This document shows positions 16,901 through 24,250 of a stretch of 40,690 bases of DNA, piece by piece. Position 1 is the first letter of the stretch; every line of letters starts with the position of its first letter. The stretch is from an uncultured bacterium. GTDB lineage: Bacteria > Myxococcota_A > Polyangia > Polyangiales > Houyiibacteriaceae. The notes under the pieces were generated by a model. The model worked only from the letters and a program-made list of their open reading frames with translations, made no database searches and was not told where the DNA came from. Location: NCBI GenBank assembly GCA_937998345.1, contig CALLDH010000053.1, positions 1 through 40,690 on the forward strand, in the 5' to 3' direction. The translations under genes were made by a program, and so were the position numbers.

Positions 16901-17494
16901 ATCGATCTCTCCACCGATCGGCTCGATCTCTGTCGCGCGTGCGCCGCCCATGGGAGCAGGTAAGTCGATCTCGGTTCCTGAAGCGGCAGACATGGGCGCG
17001 GGTAGATCGGTGCCGCCCGGTCCCTCGAGCGGTGCGGGCAGGTCCATGTCTGCAAATGGATCAAAACCAGACGGCTCCGCTTGGGCCTTCGGCGCAGGAA
17101 GGTCGGCAACCCCGGGATCATCAAATGGATCGAAATCGAGAGAACGCCCGCCTTTCTTCGGTGAAGGAAGATCTGCGAAATCGCCCCCACTGAACGGCGC
17201 CGGTAGATCGACCTCCCCCGTCGGAGCTGGCAAATCAGAAGGCGGTGACTTGATCGCCGCCGCCGGGGCGGCCGGCGGCGCTTGCGGACCGAGCCCGACC
17301 TGTGTCGGTTTACGCCTCGAGCGCTTATTTGTCGCTGGCGCAGCTCCACCCCCGCTCTTCGCGGTCGAGCCATCGCGATGAACTTGAAAGCTTTCGCTGC
17401 ACTGTGGGCACCGCATTCGAAGCCCGTCCTCGGGCAAACGGCGCTCGTCCACGTCGTAAGACGCATTACATGACGGGCAACTAACCTTGATCAT
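13925..17494 (-). CDS. MJ0042-type zinc-ribbon / Pro-rich DLPxP-repeat / single TM / multi-TPR protein
   Basis: 1189-aa ORF. N-terminus MIKVSCPSCNASYDVDERRLPEDGLRMRCPQCSESFQV (CxxC...CxxC). About 12 DLP(A/S/T/M)P motifs. Hydrophobic helix AAAVVAAIAAVLGAGFYLG. The C-terminal ~750 aa are TPR-like repeats. Confidence 0.8.
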   Translation of the reverse strand: MIKVSCPSCNASYDVDERRLPEDGLRMRCPQCSESFQVHRDGSTAKSGGGAAPATNKRSRRKPTQVGLGPQAPPAAPAAAIKSPPSDLPAPTGEVDLPAPFSGGDFADLPSPKKGGRSLDFDPFDDPGVADLPAPKAQAEPSGFDPFADMDLPAPLEGPGGTDLPAPMSAASGTEIDLPAPMGGARATEIEPIGGEIDLPMALTDADLPTPRAGSAVPAPISLDSELPMPFDQKDLPIARDDFMDLDLDGPERVHGGGPIELDLPDGVDLDLELDAPPRAPGPPPPLGQPFGAPGGGPPGEMPSPDRISRDSAELKLPESDELEFSGLPGEGEDGVHRMPNPGGAGPNVFTPSEGKVKVQGLKIKRPPWLMKAAAVVAAIAAVLGAGFYLGTTQYGLFGIHLVEPFLPASGDAVLVAQAIEDAEIIAAADTYGATRQALTRLEVERRGASLNRSLIARSLLHESYYQVRYGQDAESAATADVLRVHLQRRGDDAPRIHVALAADALRNADTVVATSEIALAVQEEPTDVYVDLVAGETALRGRDGQAAVDAFDRAMKKHDSARAQWGLARGYRLLGAHDQAAAAAKATQKLSPNHAGARVAVAELLIEEGQIDQAYELLQAPAGLAPIEGATLQVARADKSSVLTLIAQIEEHRGRLGAAREMYEKGIELDTSNADATLGAARLVLLERDYPDAYARFQTVLRSEVRPGAEIDVTGKPRVVVDAKLGAAEALLAMDKADEAKQLLADLKTPEPVSAEVELWQGKVDEGLGYTEEAVRHFRNAIALEPTGFRAYMALAQHYRATKRPSEAVGVLVEAQKNVEITAEVRRVLGWAELERNRVDAGIKQFLQALEMEPQDSASQFGLAVAYRRNGMLDEAGVELEKVRELDPKFPALALEKGRLAEATGDMDGAVASYREALEESPKDALLKSRLGAVLVITGQLEEGEKLLLEVIEAQPYSAEAEHYLGRVELERGQTEPARQHFLRAARLESDSGLYRMYVAWVALESNEMTTALRELDTALKLDPTLGDAYWLRARIRIRAGVVRDALGDLRKAIELNPERVDAWAAMGECHYQLGQMKEAIVDFEKAVAGDPERGYWWYRLGRLQLDEGRRTEALTSLGTATSLGGDDPNRKAWVADAHRLTGDIYYAQKKRQDAVVEYGRYLELADRDAIDRVEVQRNLQRIAEGLD

Positions 17495-17651
17495 GACCCC
17501 TACTGTCCCCCGGGGATCAACGATAACACGCCAGCCCCCTGTCCCCTAAACCCTCGTACTCTGATTCCGATCGCAGCGGAAGGTAGAGGGGATGAGTGTG
17601 TATGTCCTACCTTGACGCCTGAGGAGTTGGAGGACTACCTTCCGGTCAACC

Positions 17652-17969
17652 GTGAAGCGCAACGTTCAGATCGAAATTGCCGGTGCCCGCTATCGCATGT
17701 CCTCGGACGCCGACGAAGCATACCTACAACGCCTGGCCGATATCGTGAATGAACGAGTGGCAGCCCTCGGCCCTAAGGCGGCACGAGCGGCAACACCCGC
17801 ACAGCTTCTCGCCGTCGTCGCGCTCAGTCTCGCTGAAGATCTCGACGCGTCCGAGCAACGACGGGAAAGCCTCGAGGCCAGAACGCGCCAGGTGGTCGAC
17901 ACCGCGATTCGACGAATCGATCAGCGGCTGCAAGCGGACGCCGAGCTCGCGCAGCAAATCGAGCCGTGA
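17652..17969 (+). CDS. zapA: Cell division protein ZapA
   Basis: VQIEIAGARYRMSSDADEAYLQRLADIVNERV followed by a coiled-coil tail. GTG start preceded by GGAGGA. Confidence 0.8.
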   Translation: MKRNVQIEIAGARYRMSSDADEAYLQRLADIVNERVAALGPKAARAATPAQLLAVVALSLAEDLDASEQRRESLEARTRQVVDTAIRRIDQRLQADAELAQQIEP

Positions 17970-18568
17970 GCGCGGGCGAAACGGAGCGCGCCGAAACCGA
18001 GCTCCGTCAACACGCCAAGCTGGCGCTCCGCAACCGAATGCGCGCCGTGCGCGACGCGCTTCCAGAATCGGCGTGCGAGCTGCGTTCTGGCGAGATCACC
18101 AAACGTCTCTGCGCGCTCCCGGAGCTCGACCGCGCGGAGACTGTTCTCGCCTTCGCGTCGATTGGCAACGAAGTGCGGACGCAGCCGAGCATCCAAGCGG
18201 CATGGGCCGCGGGCAAGCGAGTGGCGTTGCCGAGAGTGCTTGGCGCCGAACTGCAACTTCACTTCGTCGATTCGGACACCGTGCTCGTCGAGGGGGCCTT
18301 TTCCGTGCGGGAGCCGCTGGAGACGGCCGCGCAAGTACAGCCCGAGGAGGTTGATTTCGCGCTGGTTCCTGCGTTGGCGGTCGACCCACGCGGCTACCGG
18401 ATCGGGTACGGTGGTGGCTACTACGACAAGCTGATCCCCCGACTGGGACACGCATGCACCTGTGCGGTCGCCTACGATTTTCAGTTGATCTCCGAAGTGC
18501 CCGAGCTTCCGTTCGACGTGGCGGTCGACCTCGTCGTCACGGATGAGCGCGTGATTCGCGCTGAGTGA
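17966..18568 (+). CDS. 5-formyltetrahydrofolate cyclo-ligase
   Basis: 200 aa with the motif GYRIGYGGGYYDK. GTGA overlap with the zapA stop. Confidence 0.88.
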   Translation: MSAGETERAETELRQHAKLALRNRMRAVRDALPESACELRSGEITKRLCALPELDRAETVLAFASIGNEVRTQPSIQAAWAAGKRVALPRVLGAELQLHFVDSDTVLVEGAFSVREPLETAAQVQPEEVDFALVPALAVDPRGYRIGYGGGYYDKLIPRLGHACTCAVAYDFQLISEVPELPFDVAVDLVVTDERVIRAE

Positions 18569-18611
18569 ACCGCAGGGCGCTCCGGGGCGGCCGTGGTGGT
18601 ATAGGTTCGGC

Positions 18612-20510
18612 GTGGTTGCAGAGGTAGCACAGCGAAAGCTCGACGGGCTCCCAGTGTCGCCGGGAGTCTACGTCTTTCATGGCGCGGACGGGAAGGTCCT
18701 GTACGTCGGCAAGGCGCGGAGTCTCAGAAACCGCGTGAGGAGTTACTTCCAACCGGGGTCGAGTGATCTGCGCGCGTTCGTCAGTCGTCTCGAACGCGAG
18801 CTGACCGACATTGAGACGTTCGTCACGCACACCGATAAGGAAGCTGCGCTCCTCGAGAACCAGCTGATCAAGTCGCACCAGCCGAAGTACAACGTGAAGC
18901 TGCGCGACGACAAGGAGTACCTATCGCTGCGGCTCGATGCAAAGAAGCCTTGGCCGAGGCTCGAAGTCGTTCGCCGGCCGAAGCCAGATGGCGCACAGTA
19001 CTTTGGGCCCTATCACTCGGCGACCGCGGCGCGGCAGACCCTTCGGCTCGTGAACCGCTATTTTCAGCTACGGACGTGCACGGACACCGAGTTCCGGCTC
19101 CGATCCCGGCCGTGTCTTCAGCACCAAATCAAACGGTGCCCGGGGCCCTGCGTGCTGGCAGTCGACGAGTCGGAGTACCGCGCGCAGGTGGCGAATGTCG
19201 CGCGGTTTCTCGACGGGCGGCACGACGAGCTCGTGCGCGACATCGACGGCCGAATGAAAGGTGCATCGAGCGAGCTCGAGTACGAACGGGCGGCGATCTA
19301 TCGCGATCAGCTTCGCGCCGTAGAGCGCGCCCAAGAGGAACAGCGTGTCTCTGGTGTGCAGAAATCGGACCAAGACGTGATCGGCTTTCACCGCCAGGGC
19401 GACCAGGTGGAAGTGGCGGTGCTGAGCATGCGCGGCGGGCGCTTGTTTAGCGTGCGCACCCTTCCGCTGCGACGGGTTGCGGTGCCCAACGACGAGATGC
19501 TCGGCGCGTTCCTCCACCAGCACTATGCTCAACGGACGTCTCTACCGGACGAGATTCTGGTGCCAGTAAGGATCGAAATGAGCGAAGCCCTCGAGGAGCT
19601 CCTCAGCGAGAACCGGAAGCGCCGCGTGCAGATCGTCGAACCGAAGCGCGGTGCCAAGGCGAAGTTGCTAGACCTTGCGCGCGAAAATGCGGAGCACGCC
19701 TTCGACGAGAAGGAACGCGCACGTGAAGATGTCGAGGCGCGGCTAGAAGAGCTTCAGCGGCAGCTCCGCCTGCCGGTCGTGCCCCGCCGAATCGAGTGCG
19801 TCGATATCTCACACACCGGTGGCGAGGAGACCGTGGCGGTCTTCGTCGCGCTACAGAACGGCGTGCCTGCCAAGGACCGGTACCGAAGCTTCCGCGTTAA
19901 AGGGGTCGGCGGCGGCGATGACTACGCGGCGATGTATGAAGTCCTGATGCGGCGCTTGCGCCGGGGGAAAAACCAGGAAGATGGCTGGGAGCTGCCGGAT
20001 TTGCTGCTCGTCGACGGCGGAAAAGGACAGCTCGGCGTCGCGGTGCGCGCCCGCGAGGACATCGGAGTCCCCGACCTCGAGCTCGCCTCGGTCGCGAAGC
20101 CACGGGTGACCGCAACCGGCGAAGAAGAAGGAGACCGCGTGTTCCGCCCCGGCCAGAAGAACGCGATGCCGGTGAGAGTGAACTCGGCGCTATCCCTGCT
20201 CCTCCTCGCACGCGACGAAACCCACCGAGCGTCGAACACCTTGCGGAGAAAGGTGGGACGCACGAGGCGGCTGCGAAGCGAGCTAGACGCGGTGCCCGGG
20301 GTCGGGCCGAAAACGCGCGGGAAGTTGTTGCGGAATTTGGGATCGCTGCGTGAGGTGTTGGCCGCAACGGAAGATCAGTTGATCGAGGCGGGGGCGACTG
20401 CGCGGCAAGCGAAAACGATCAAGGCGAGCCTGGGAGACCACGGGCCAACGGGGTCGGATGCGGAGAGCGCGGAGGAGACCGCGATTGAGAACGCCTTTCA
20501 GTCGGATTAG
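18612..20510 (+). CDS. uvrC: Excinuclease ABC subunit C
   Basis: GIY-YIG N-terminus (PGVYVFHGADGKVLYVGKARSLRNRVRSYF), UVR motif (YERAAIYRDQLRAV) and a C-terminal HhH region. Confidence 0.95.
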   Translation: MVAEVAQRKLDGLPVSPGVYVFHGADGKVLYVGKARSLRNRVRSYFQPGSSDLRAFVSRLERELTDIETFVTHTDKEAALLENQLIKSHQPKYNVKLRDDKEYLSLRLDAKKPWPRLEVVRRPKPDGAQYFGPYHSATAARQTLRLVNRYFQLRTCTDTEFRLRSRPCLQHQIKRCPGPCVLAVDESEYRAQVANVARFLDGRHDELVRDIDGRMKGASSELEYERAAIYRDQLRAVERAQEEQRVSGVQKSDQDVIGFHRQGDQVEVAVLSMRGGRLFSVRTLPLRRVAVPNDEMLGAFLHQHYAQRTSLPDEILVPVRIEMSEALEELLSENRKRRVQIVEPKRGAKAKLLDLARENAEHAFDEKERAREDVEARLEELQRQLRLPVVPRRIECVDISHTGGEETVAVFVALQNGVPAKDRYRSFRVKGVGGGDDYAAMYEVLMRRLRRGKNQEDGWELPDLLLVDGGKGQLGVAVRAREDIGVPDLELASVAKPRVTATGEEEGDRVFRPGQKNAMPVRVNSALSLLLLARDETHRASNTLRRKVGRTRRLRSELDAVPGVGPKTRGKLLRNLGSLREVLAATEDQLIEAGATARQAKTIKASLGDHGPTGSDAESAEETAIENAFQSD

Positions 20511-20520
20511 GCCGGGGCGG

Positions 20521-20632
20521 GTTCGGGGACCGGGGGACCGAGGCCGAGGCCGGGGGACCGAGGCCGGGGCCGGTGTTTTCGGTCTCGGTGCTCGGGCTCG
20601 GTCCTTCGGTCCCGGTTGCCGGTCCCGGTTTC
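20521..20632. terminator. Long imperfect inverted repeat between convergent uvrC and the sensor kinase (3x GGGACCG left arm, 3x CGGTCC right arm)
   Basis: Direct 16-mer CGGGGGACCGAGGCCG at 20531 and 20551. CGGTCCCGGTT at 20607 and 20620. Best stem is GGACCGAG/CTCGGTCC. Central T4. Confidence 0.5.
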
Positions 20633-20634
20633 GG

Positions 20635-22005
20635 TCAAGTTGCCGCGGGCAACGTCACTTCAAACGCCGCCCCGCCCTGGTGCCGGTTGGCTGCCGCGAT
20701 CGACCCGCCCAGCCCCTCGACAATCGTGTAGCAGACCGCAAGCCCAAGCCCGGTGCCCTGCCCCGGTGCTTTCGTCGTCACGAAAGGGTCGAAGACCTGC
20801 TCGAGAACGTCCCGATCGATCCCGGGCCCGTCATCCGCGACGATCAGCTGTACCACACCTTCACCATTGGCGGCGCGGATCTCAATCCGCCCTTTGCCAC
20901 CAAGTGCGTCCGCGGCGTTGAAGAGGAGATTCAGCAGCAACTGCCTCAAACGTTCGTGGTCCCCGCGAACGCGCGGCAGCGCCTCGTCTAGGTCGAGGGC
21001 GAGGTCGATGTCGCGGAAGCGAGTCTGGCGGTCGATGAGCTTGATGGTGTCGGATACGACCTCCGAAAGATCGGCTGAGCTTTCGATGCGGCCCACCCTA
21101 CCAGGCTCGTTCCTCGAGAAGTCCAGCAGGTCGCGGATCGTGTGGTGAATTCGTTCGGCCTCGCGCTGAATGCGGCCCACGAACTCCTTTTCTTCCTCGG
21201 GCTCGAGGTCGCCCCTCTGCATGAGGTCGAGCAAGCCTCGAATCGCCGCTAGAGGGTTCCCGATCTCGTGCGCAACGCCGGCGGACAGCCGACCGACGGC
21301 CGCCAATCGCGCACTCCGAACCAACTGCTCCTGAGCTGCTGTGAGCTCAGCGGTGGTGCGCTCGAGTTCTTCGAGGCGCTCTTGAAGCGCCGCGCGGTCT
21401 TCGCGAAGCAGTGCGGCCATTTCATTGAACGTGGCCGCAAGACGTGCGACCTCGGCGGCGCCTTGCACCGGAACACTGGTGCCCAGGCGGCCAGCTGCGA
21501 GACGCTCGGAAGCCAATCGCAACCTGTCGATCGGGCGCACGATGAAGTAGGTCAGCAAGACGTAGCTCAACAAAAGCACCGTGGCGGCGGTGAGACCGAG
21601 GTAGAACAGGAACAAGCTTCGCCGAGCCGCATCGCCGCGTCCGCTCGCCGGCACCCATACACGCAGCTCGGCGCCACTTCCCGTCCTCGTCGTGGCATCG
21701 GGCCCGCCATCGCTCACGCCCCAATTCCTCAGCGATCCGTCATCACCGTGAATCTCTATGCGTTCAACCAAGCCGTCGTCGATCATGCTGGCGATCGACT
21801 CCTCACCCAGTCCGCCGCCTCCGGAACCGGCACCCGATGCCAGCGCCTGGGCCAGCCCCGCCGCGCGCGTGCGCTGTTCTTCGGCGTTCTCGCGCTCGTC
21901 GAGTCGCGCCGTCACGAGGCTCAACAACACGAATGCGCCCCCAAACGCGACGATCAGCGCGAGCATGAGCTGGCTTCGAAGCCCCAAGCCGAACGGACGC
22001 CCCAT
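20635..22005 (-). CDS. Sensor histidine kinase (2 TM, HAMP, HisKA, HATPase_c)
   Basis: H-box GVAHEIGNPLAAI, N-box LLNLLFNAADAL, G-boxes DDGPGI and GTGLGLAV. HAMP region RPIDRLRLASERLAAG... Confidence 0.9.
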   Translation of the reverse strand: MGRPFGLGLRSQLMLALIVAFGGAFVLLSLVTARLDERENAEEQRTRAAGLAQALASGAGSGGGGLGEESIASMIDDGLVERIEIHGDDGSLRNWGVSDGGPDATTRTGSGAELRVWVPASGRGDAARRSLFLFYLGLTAATVLLLSYVLLTYFIVRPIDRLRLASERLAAGRLGTSVPVQGAAEVARLAATFNEMAALLREDRAALQERLEELERTTAELTAAQEQLVRSARLAAVGRLSAGVAHEIGNPLAAIRGLLDLMQRGDLEPEEEKEFVGRIQREAERIHHTIRDLLDFSRNEPGRVGRIESSADLSEVVSDTIKLIDRQTRFRDIDLALDLDEALPRVRGDHERLRQLLLNLLFNAADALGGKGRIEIRAANGEGVVQLIVADDGPGIDRDVLEQVFDPFVTTKAPGQGTGLGLAVCYTIVEGLGGSIAAANRHQGGAAFEVTLPAAT

Positions 22006-22065
22006 GAATATAGTCTACAGCCTCAGTCTCTTGACCTGCCACGCGGGCCGGTGCATGGGGAAATC

Positions 22066-22710
22066 ATGACACGGGGCGCCCGTTTCGGGGTGATCATCGG
22101 CTCGATCCTGGTCCTCTCGTCGTTTGGCACTTCTGCCGGTGCGCAACGCCAGGGAGACGGGCTCTATGGCCGTTGGGATCGCGGGCTGACGCTCTCGTTC
22201 GGCGCTGGGGCAGGTGCGACATGGCTCAACGGAAAGGCCGACCCCAATGTCGTGGGCGAGGCCCGGTTCTTGGTGGCCGACGTGGCCGGGGTCGTGCTCG
22301 CCGGACGATGGGGCTCCGATTCTGGCCAGCATTTGTTCCTTGGCGTCGACCTTCGCCCCCTCTTTCCAGCACTCTTCTTTCTCTACAAGCAAACTTGGAA
22401 CGAGTTTGCCGACCTGTTGCTGCAATCGATTTTTCTCGAGATCGGGCCAGCGTTCTTGCTCGACGGCAACCGAAGCACCGGGCTTGGCGTCGGCTTTGGG
22501 TTCGGCCTTCCTTTGTATAGGCCGCTCACTACCGTGCGCGGCCTGTGGCTTCGCATCGCCACCCGTTACGTGAACGCCGACCCATCCTATCGGAACACCC
22601 AGCCGACCGAAGATCGCACCCAGTGGACGCTCTACGCGACGTTTGTCGTGCGCCTGGGGTTCAAGTCGAAGCTCAGCAGGTGGGAGCCGCCAAGGTACCG
22701 TCACGAGTAG
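22066..22710 (+). CDS. Secreted hypothetical protein (possible small beta-barrel)
   Basis: The C-terminal 214 aa of ORF 21268..22710 start at ATG 22066. Signal peptide MTRGARFGVIIGSILVLSSFGTSAGA/Q. Alternating hydrophobic pattern, G-rich. Confidence 0.55.
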   Translation: MTRGARFGVIIGSILVLSSFGTSAGAQRQGDGLYGRWDRGLTLSFGAGAGATWLNGKADPNVVGEARFLVADVAGVVLAGRWGSDSGQHLFLGVDLRPLFPALFFLYKQTWNEFADLLLQSIFLEIGPAFLLDGNRSTGLGVGFGFGLPLYRPLTTVRGLWLRIATRYVNADPSYRNTQPTEDRTQWTLYATFVVRLGFKSKLSRWEPPRYRHE

Positions 22711-22746
22711 CTTGGCCAGCGAGCGGAAGCCGGCTACAACCGCGCT

Positions 22747-24156
22747 GTGAGACGCACGAAGATCGTCTGCACGCTTGGGCCCGCGAGCGACACCAAAGCT
22801 AGAATCGGCGAGCTCGTGCAGGCCGGCATGAACTGTGCGCGCCTCAACTTCTCCCACGGCAACCACGCGTCACATGCGGCCGTGGCCAAGTTGGTTCGTG
22901 AGGCGGCTGCAGAAGCGCGGCTCCCAATGGCGATCTTGGCGGACTTGCAAGGTCCCAAGATGCGCGTCGGTCGATTTGCCCGAGGTCCGATCGAGCTCTC
23001 GCCCGGGGATCGGTTCGCACTCACGACAGCCGACGTCGAGGGCAACCGAGAGATCGTCTCGGTGACATACGCTTCGCTTGCGGCCGATGTAGAGCCCGGT
23101 GATGCCGTGGCATTGGATGACGGCCTGATTCGCCTCCGCGTGGAGAGCATCGAAGGCAACACGGTCCACACGGTGGTCGAAGACGGCGGGCCGCTTTCCG
23201 ACAACAAGGGACTCAATCTGCCGGGGGTCAGCATCAGCGCGCCGGCCGTGACCGACAAGGACCGCGACGACCTGGCCTTTGCGATCTCCGTCCTCGAGGC
23301 GGACTACATTGCCCTGTCCTTCGTGCGGTCGGCAGACGATGTGAGAGAAGCCAAGGCCCTGGCCGGGGATGTGCCGGTCATCGCCAAAATCGAACGCCCC
23401 GAAGCCGTCGCCGAGATCGTCGAGATCGTGGACGCGGCGGATGGCATCATGATTGCCCGCGGAGACCTCGGCGTGGAGCTCGGCGCGGAGAAAGTTCCTC
23501 TGGTCCAGAAGCGAATCATTCGGGAGACCAACGCCCGCGGTAAGGTCGTGATTACGGCTACTCAGATGTTGGATTCGATGATCCGGAACCCACGGCCGAC
23601 GCGCGCGGAGGCAGCGGACGTCGCAAATGCCGTGATGGACGGAACCGACGCGGTCATGCTCAGTGGCGAAACGGCTGCGGGCCGCTACCCAGTTCAGACC
23701 GTGGAGATGATGGGTGCGATCATTCGCGATGTGGAATCGGACTACGTCGAGGATCTCGCGCGAGAGTTCAGGGAACTCAAGAACGTCGGCGACGAGGATT
23801 GGCCGTTTTCGAATGCGGCGGCGCGTGCGGCCGCAGTGTTGACGACCCATTTGCCGCTCAAGGCCGTGGTGGTGTTCACGCAAGATGGCCGTTCAGCTGG
23901 GTTGCTCGCAGAGCACCGACCGCGAGCGCCGATTCTTGCCGTCACCAGTGACGTGCGTGTGGCTCGACGGCTCTCCCTCGAGTGGGGCGTGATCCCGCGG
24001 CTCGAGTTGCCCCCCGAATCGCTCGACGAGACACTACGAATCGCGACCTCCCTGCTCGTGCGTGAGAAGCTTTGCCAAAGCGGGGAAGCATTCGCGATGG
24101 TGGTAGGCTGGCCCACCTCAGGACGCGCCAACACACTGAAGCTCCATCGTTTGTAG
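22747..24156 (+). CDS. pyk: Pyruvate kinase
   Basis: MRRTKIVCTLGPAS, MNCARLNFSHG, IIAKIERPEAV and MIARGDLGVE. Confidence 0.95.
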   Translation: MRRTKIVCTLGPASDTKARIGELVQAGMNCARLNFSHGNHASHAAVAKLVREAAAEARLPMAILADLQGPKMRVGRFARGPIELSPGDRFALTTADVEGNREIVSVTYASLAADVEPGDAVALDDGLIRLRVESIEGNTVHTVVEDGGPLSDNKGLNLPGVSISAPAVTDKDRDDLAFAISVLEADYIALSFVRSADDVREAKALAGDVPVIAKIERPEAVAEIVEIVDAADGIMIARGDLGVELGAEKVPLVQKRIIRETNARGKVVITATQMLDSMIRNPRPTRAEAADVANAVMDGTDAVMLSGETAAGRYPVQTVEMMGAIIRDVESDYVEDLAREFRELKNVGDEDWPFSNAAARAAAVLTTHLPLKAVVVFTQDGRSAGLLAEHRPRAPILAVTSDVRVARRLSLEWGVIPRLELPPESLDETLRIATSLLVREKLCQSGEAFAMVVGWPTSGRANTLKLHRL

Positions 24157-24170
24157 GCATCTCTGAACAG

Positions 24171-24220
24171 CGTTGATCACGCTTTCAAGGCGTCTGATCG
24201 CGTTTGATCGCGTTTGATCG
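24171..24220 (+). promoter_or_regulatory. GATC-containing 10-bp tandem repeats upstream of the Ser/Thr kinase gene
   Basis: CGTCTGATCG (24191), CGTTTGATCG (24201) and CGTTTGATCG (24211), plus a degenerate CGTTGATCAC (24171) embedded in the near-palindrome AGCGTTGATCACGCT. Confidence 0.6.
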
Positions 24221-24250
24221 GCCCTGGCCCCACCCGCTCCGATGCAGTAG

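Noticed and set aside
17495-17651. A possible 6S RNA (ssrS) displaced upstream of zapA.
   Set aside because: The region is only 157 nt. By eye I could not build the long interrupted helix with a central bubble that defines 6S RNA, only short local stems. It also contains the zapA ribosome-binding site. A covariance-model scan would settle it.
21268-22065. The N-terminal 266 aa of plus-strand ORF 21268..22710.
   Set aside because: This part is antisense to the sensor kinase. A signal peptide begins at the internal ATG 22066, just after the kinase start, so only 22066..22710 is called.
22870-23883. A 337-aa minus-strand ORF antisense to pyruvate kinase.
   Set aside because: Pyruvate kinase on the plus strand has unambiguous motifs. 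The antisense product has no recognisable motifs and an Arg/His/Asp-rich composition. It is a GC-rich shadow ORF.
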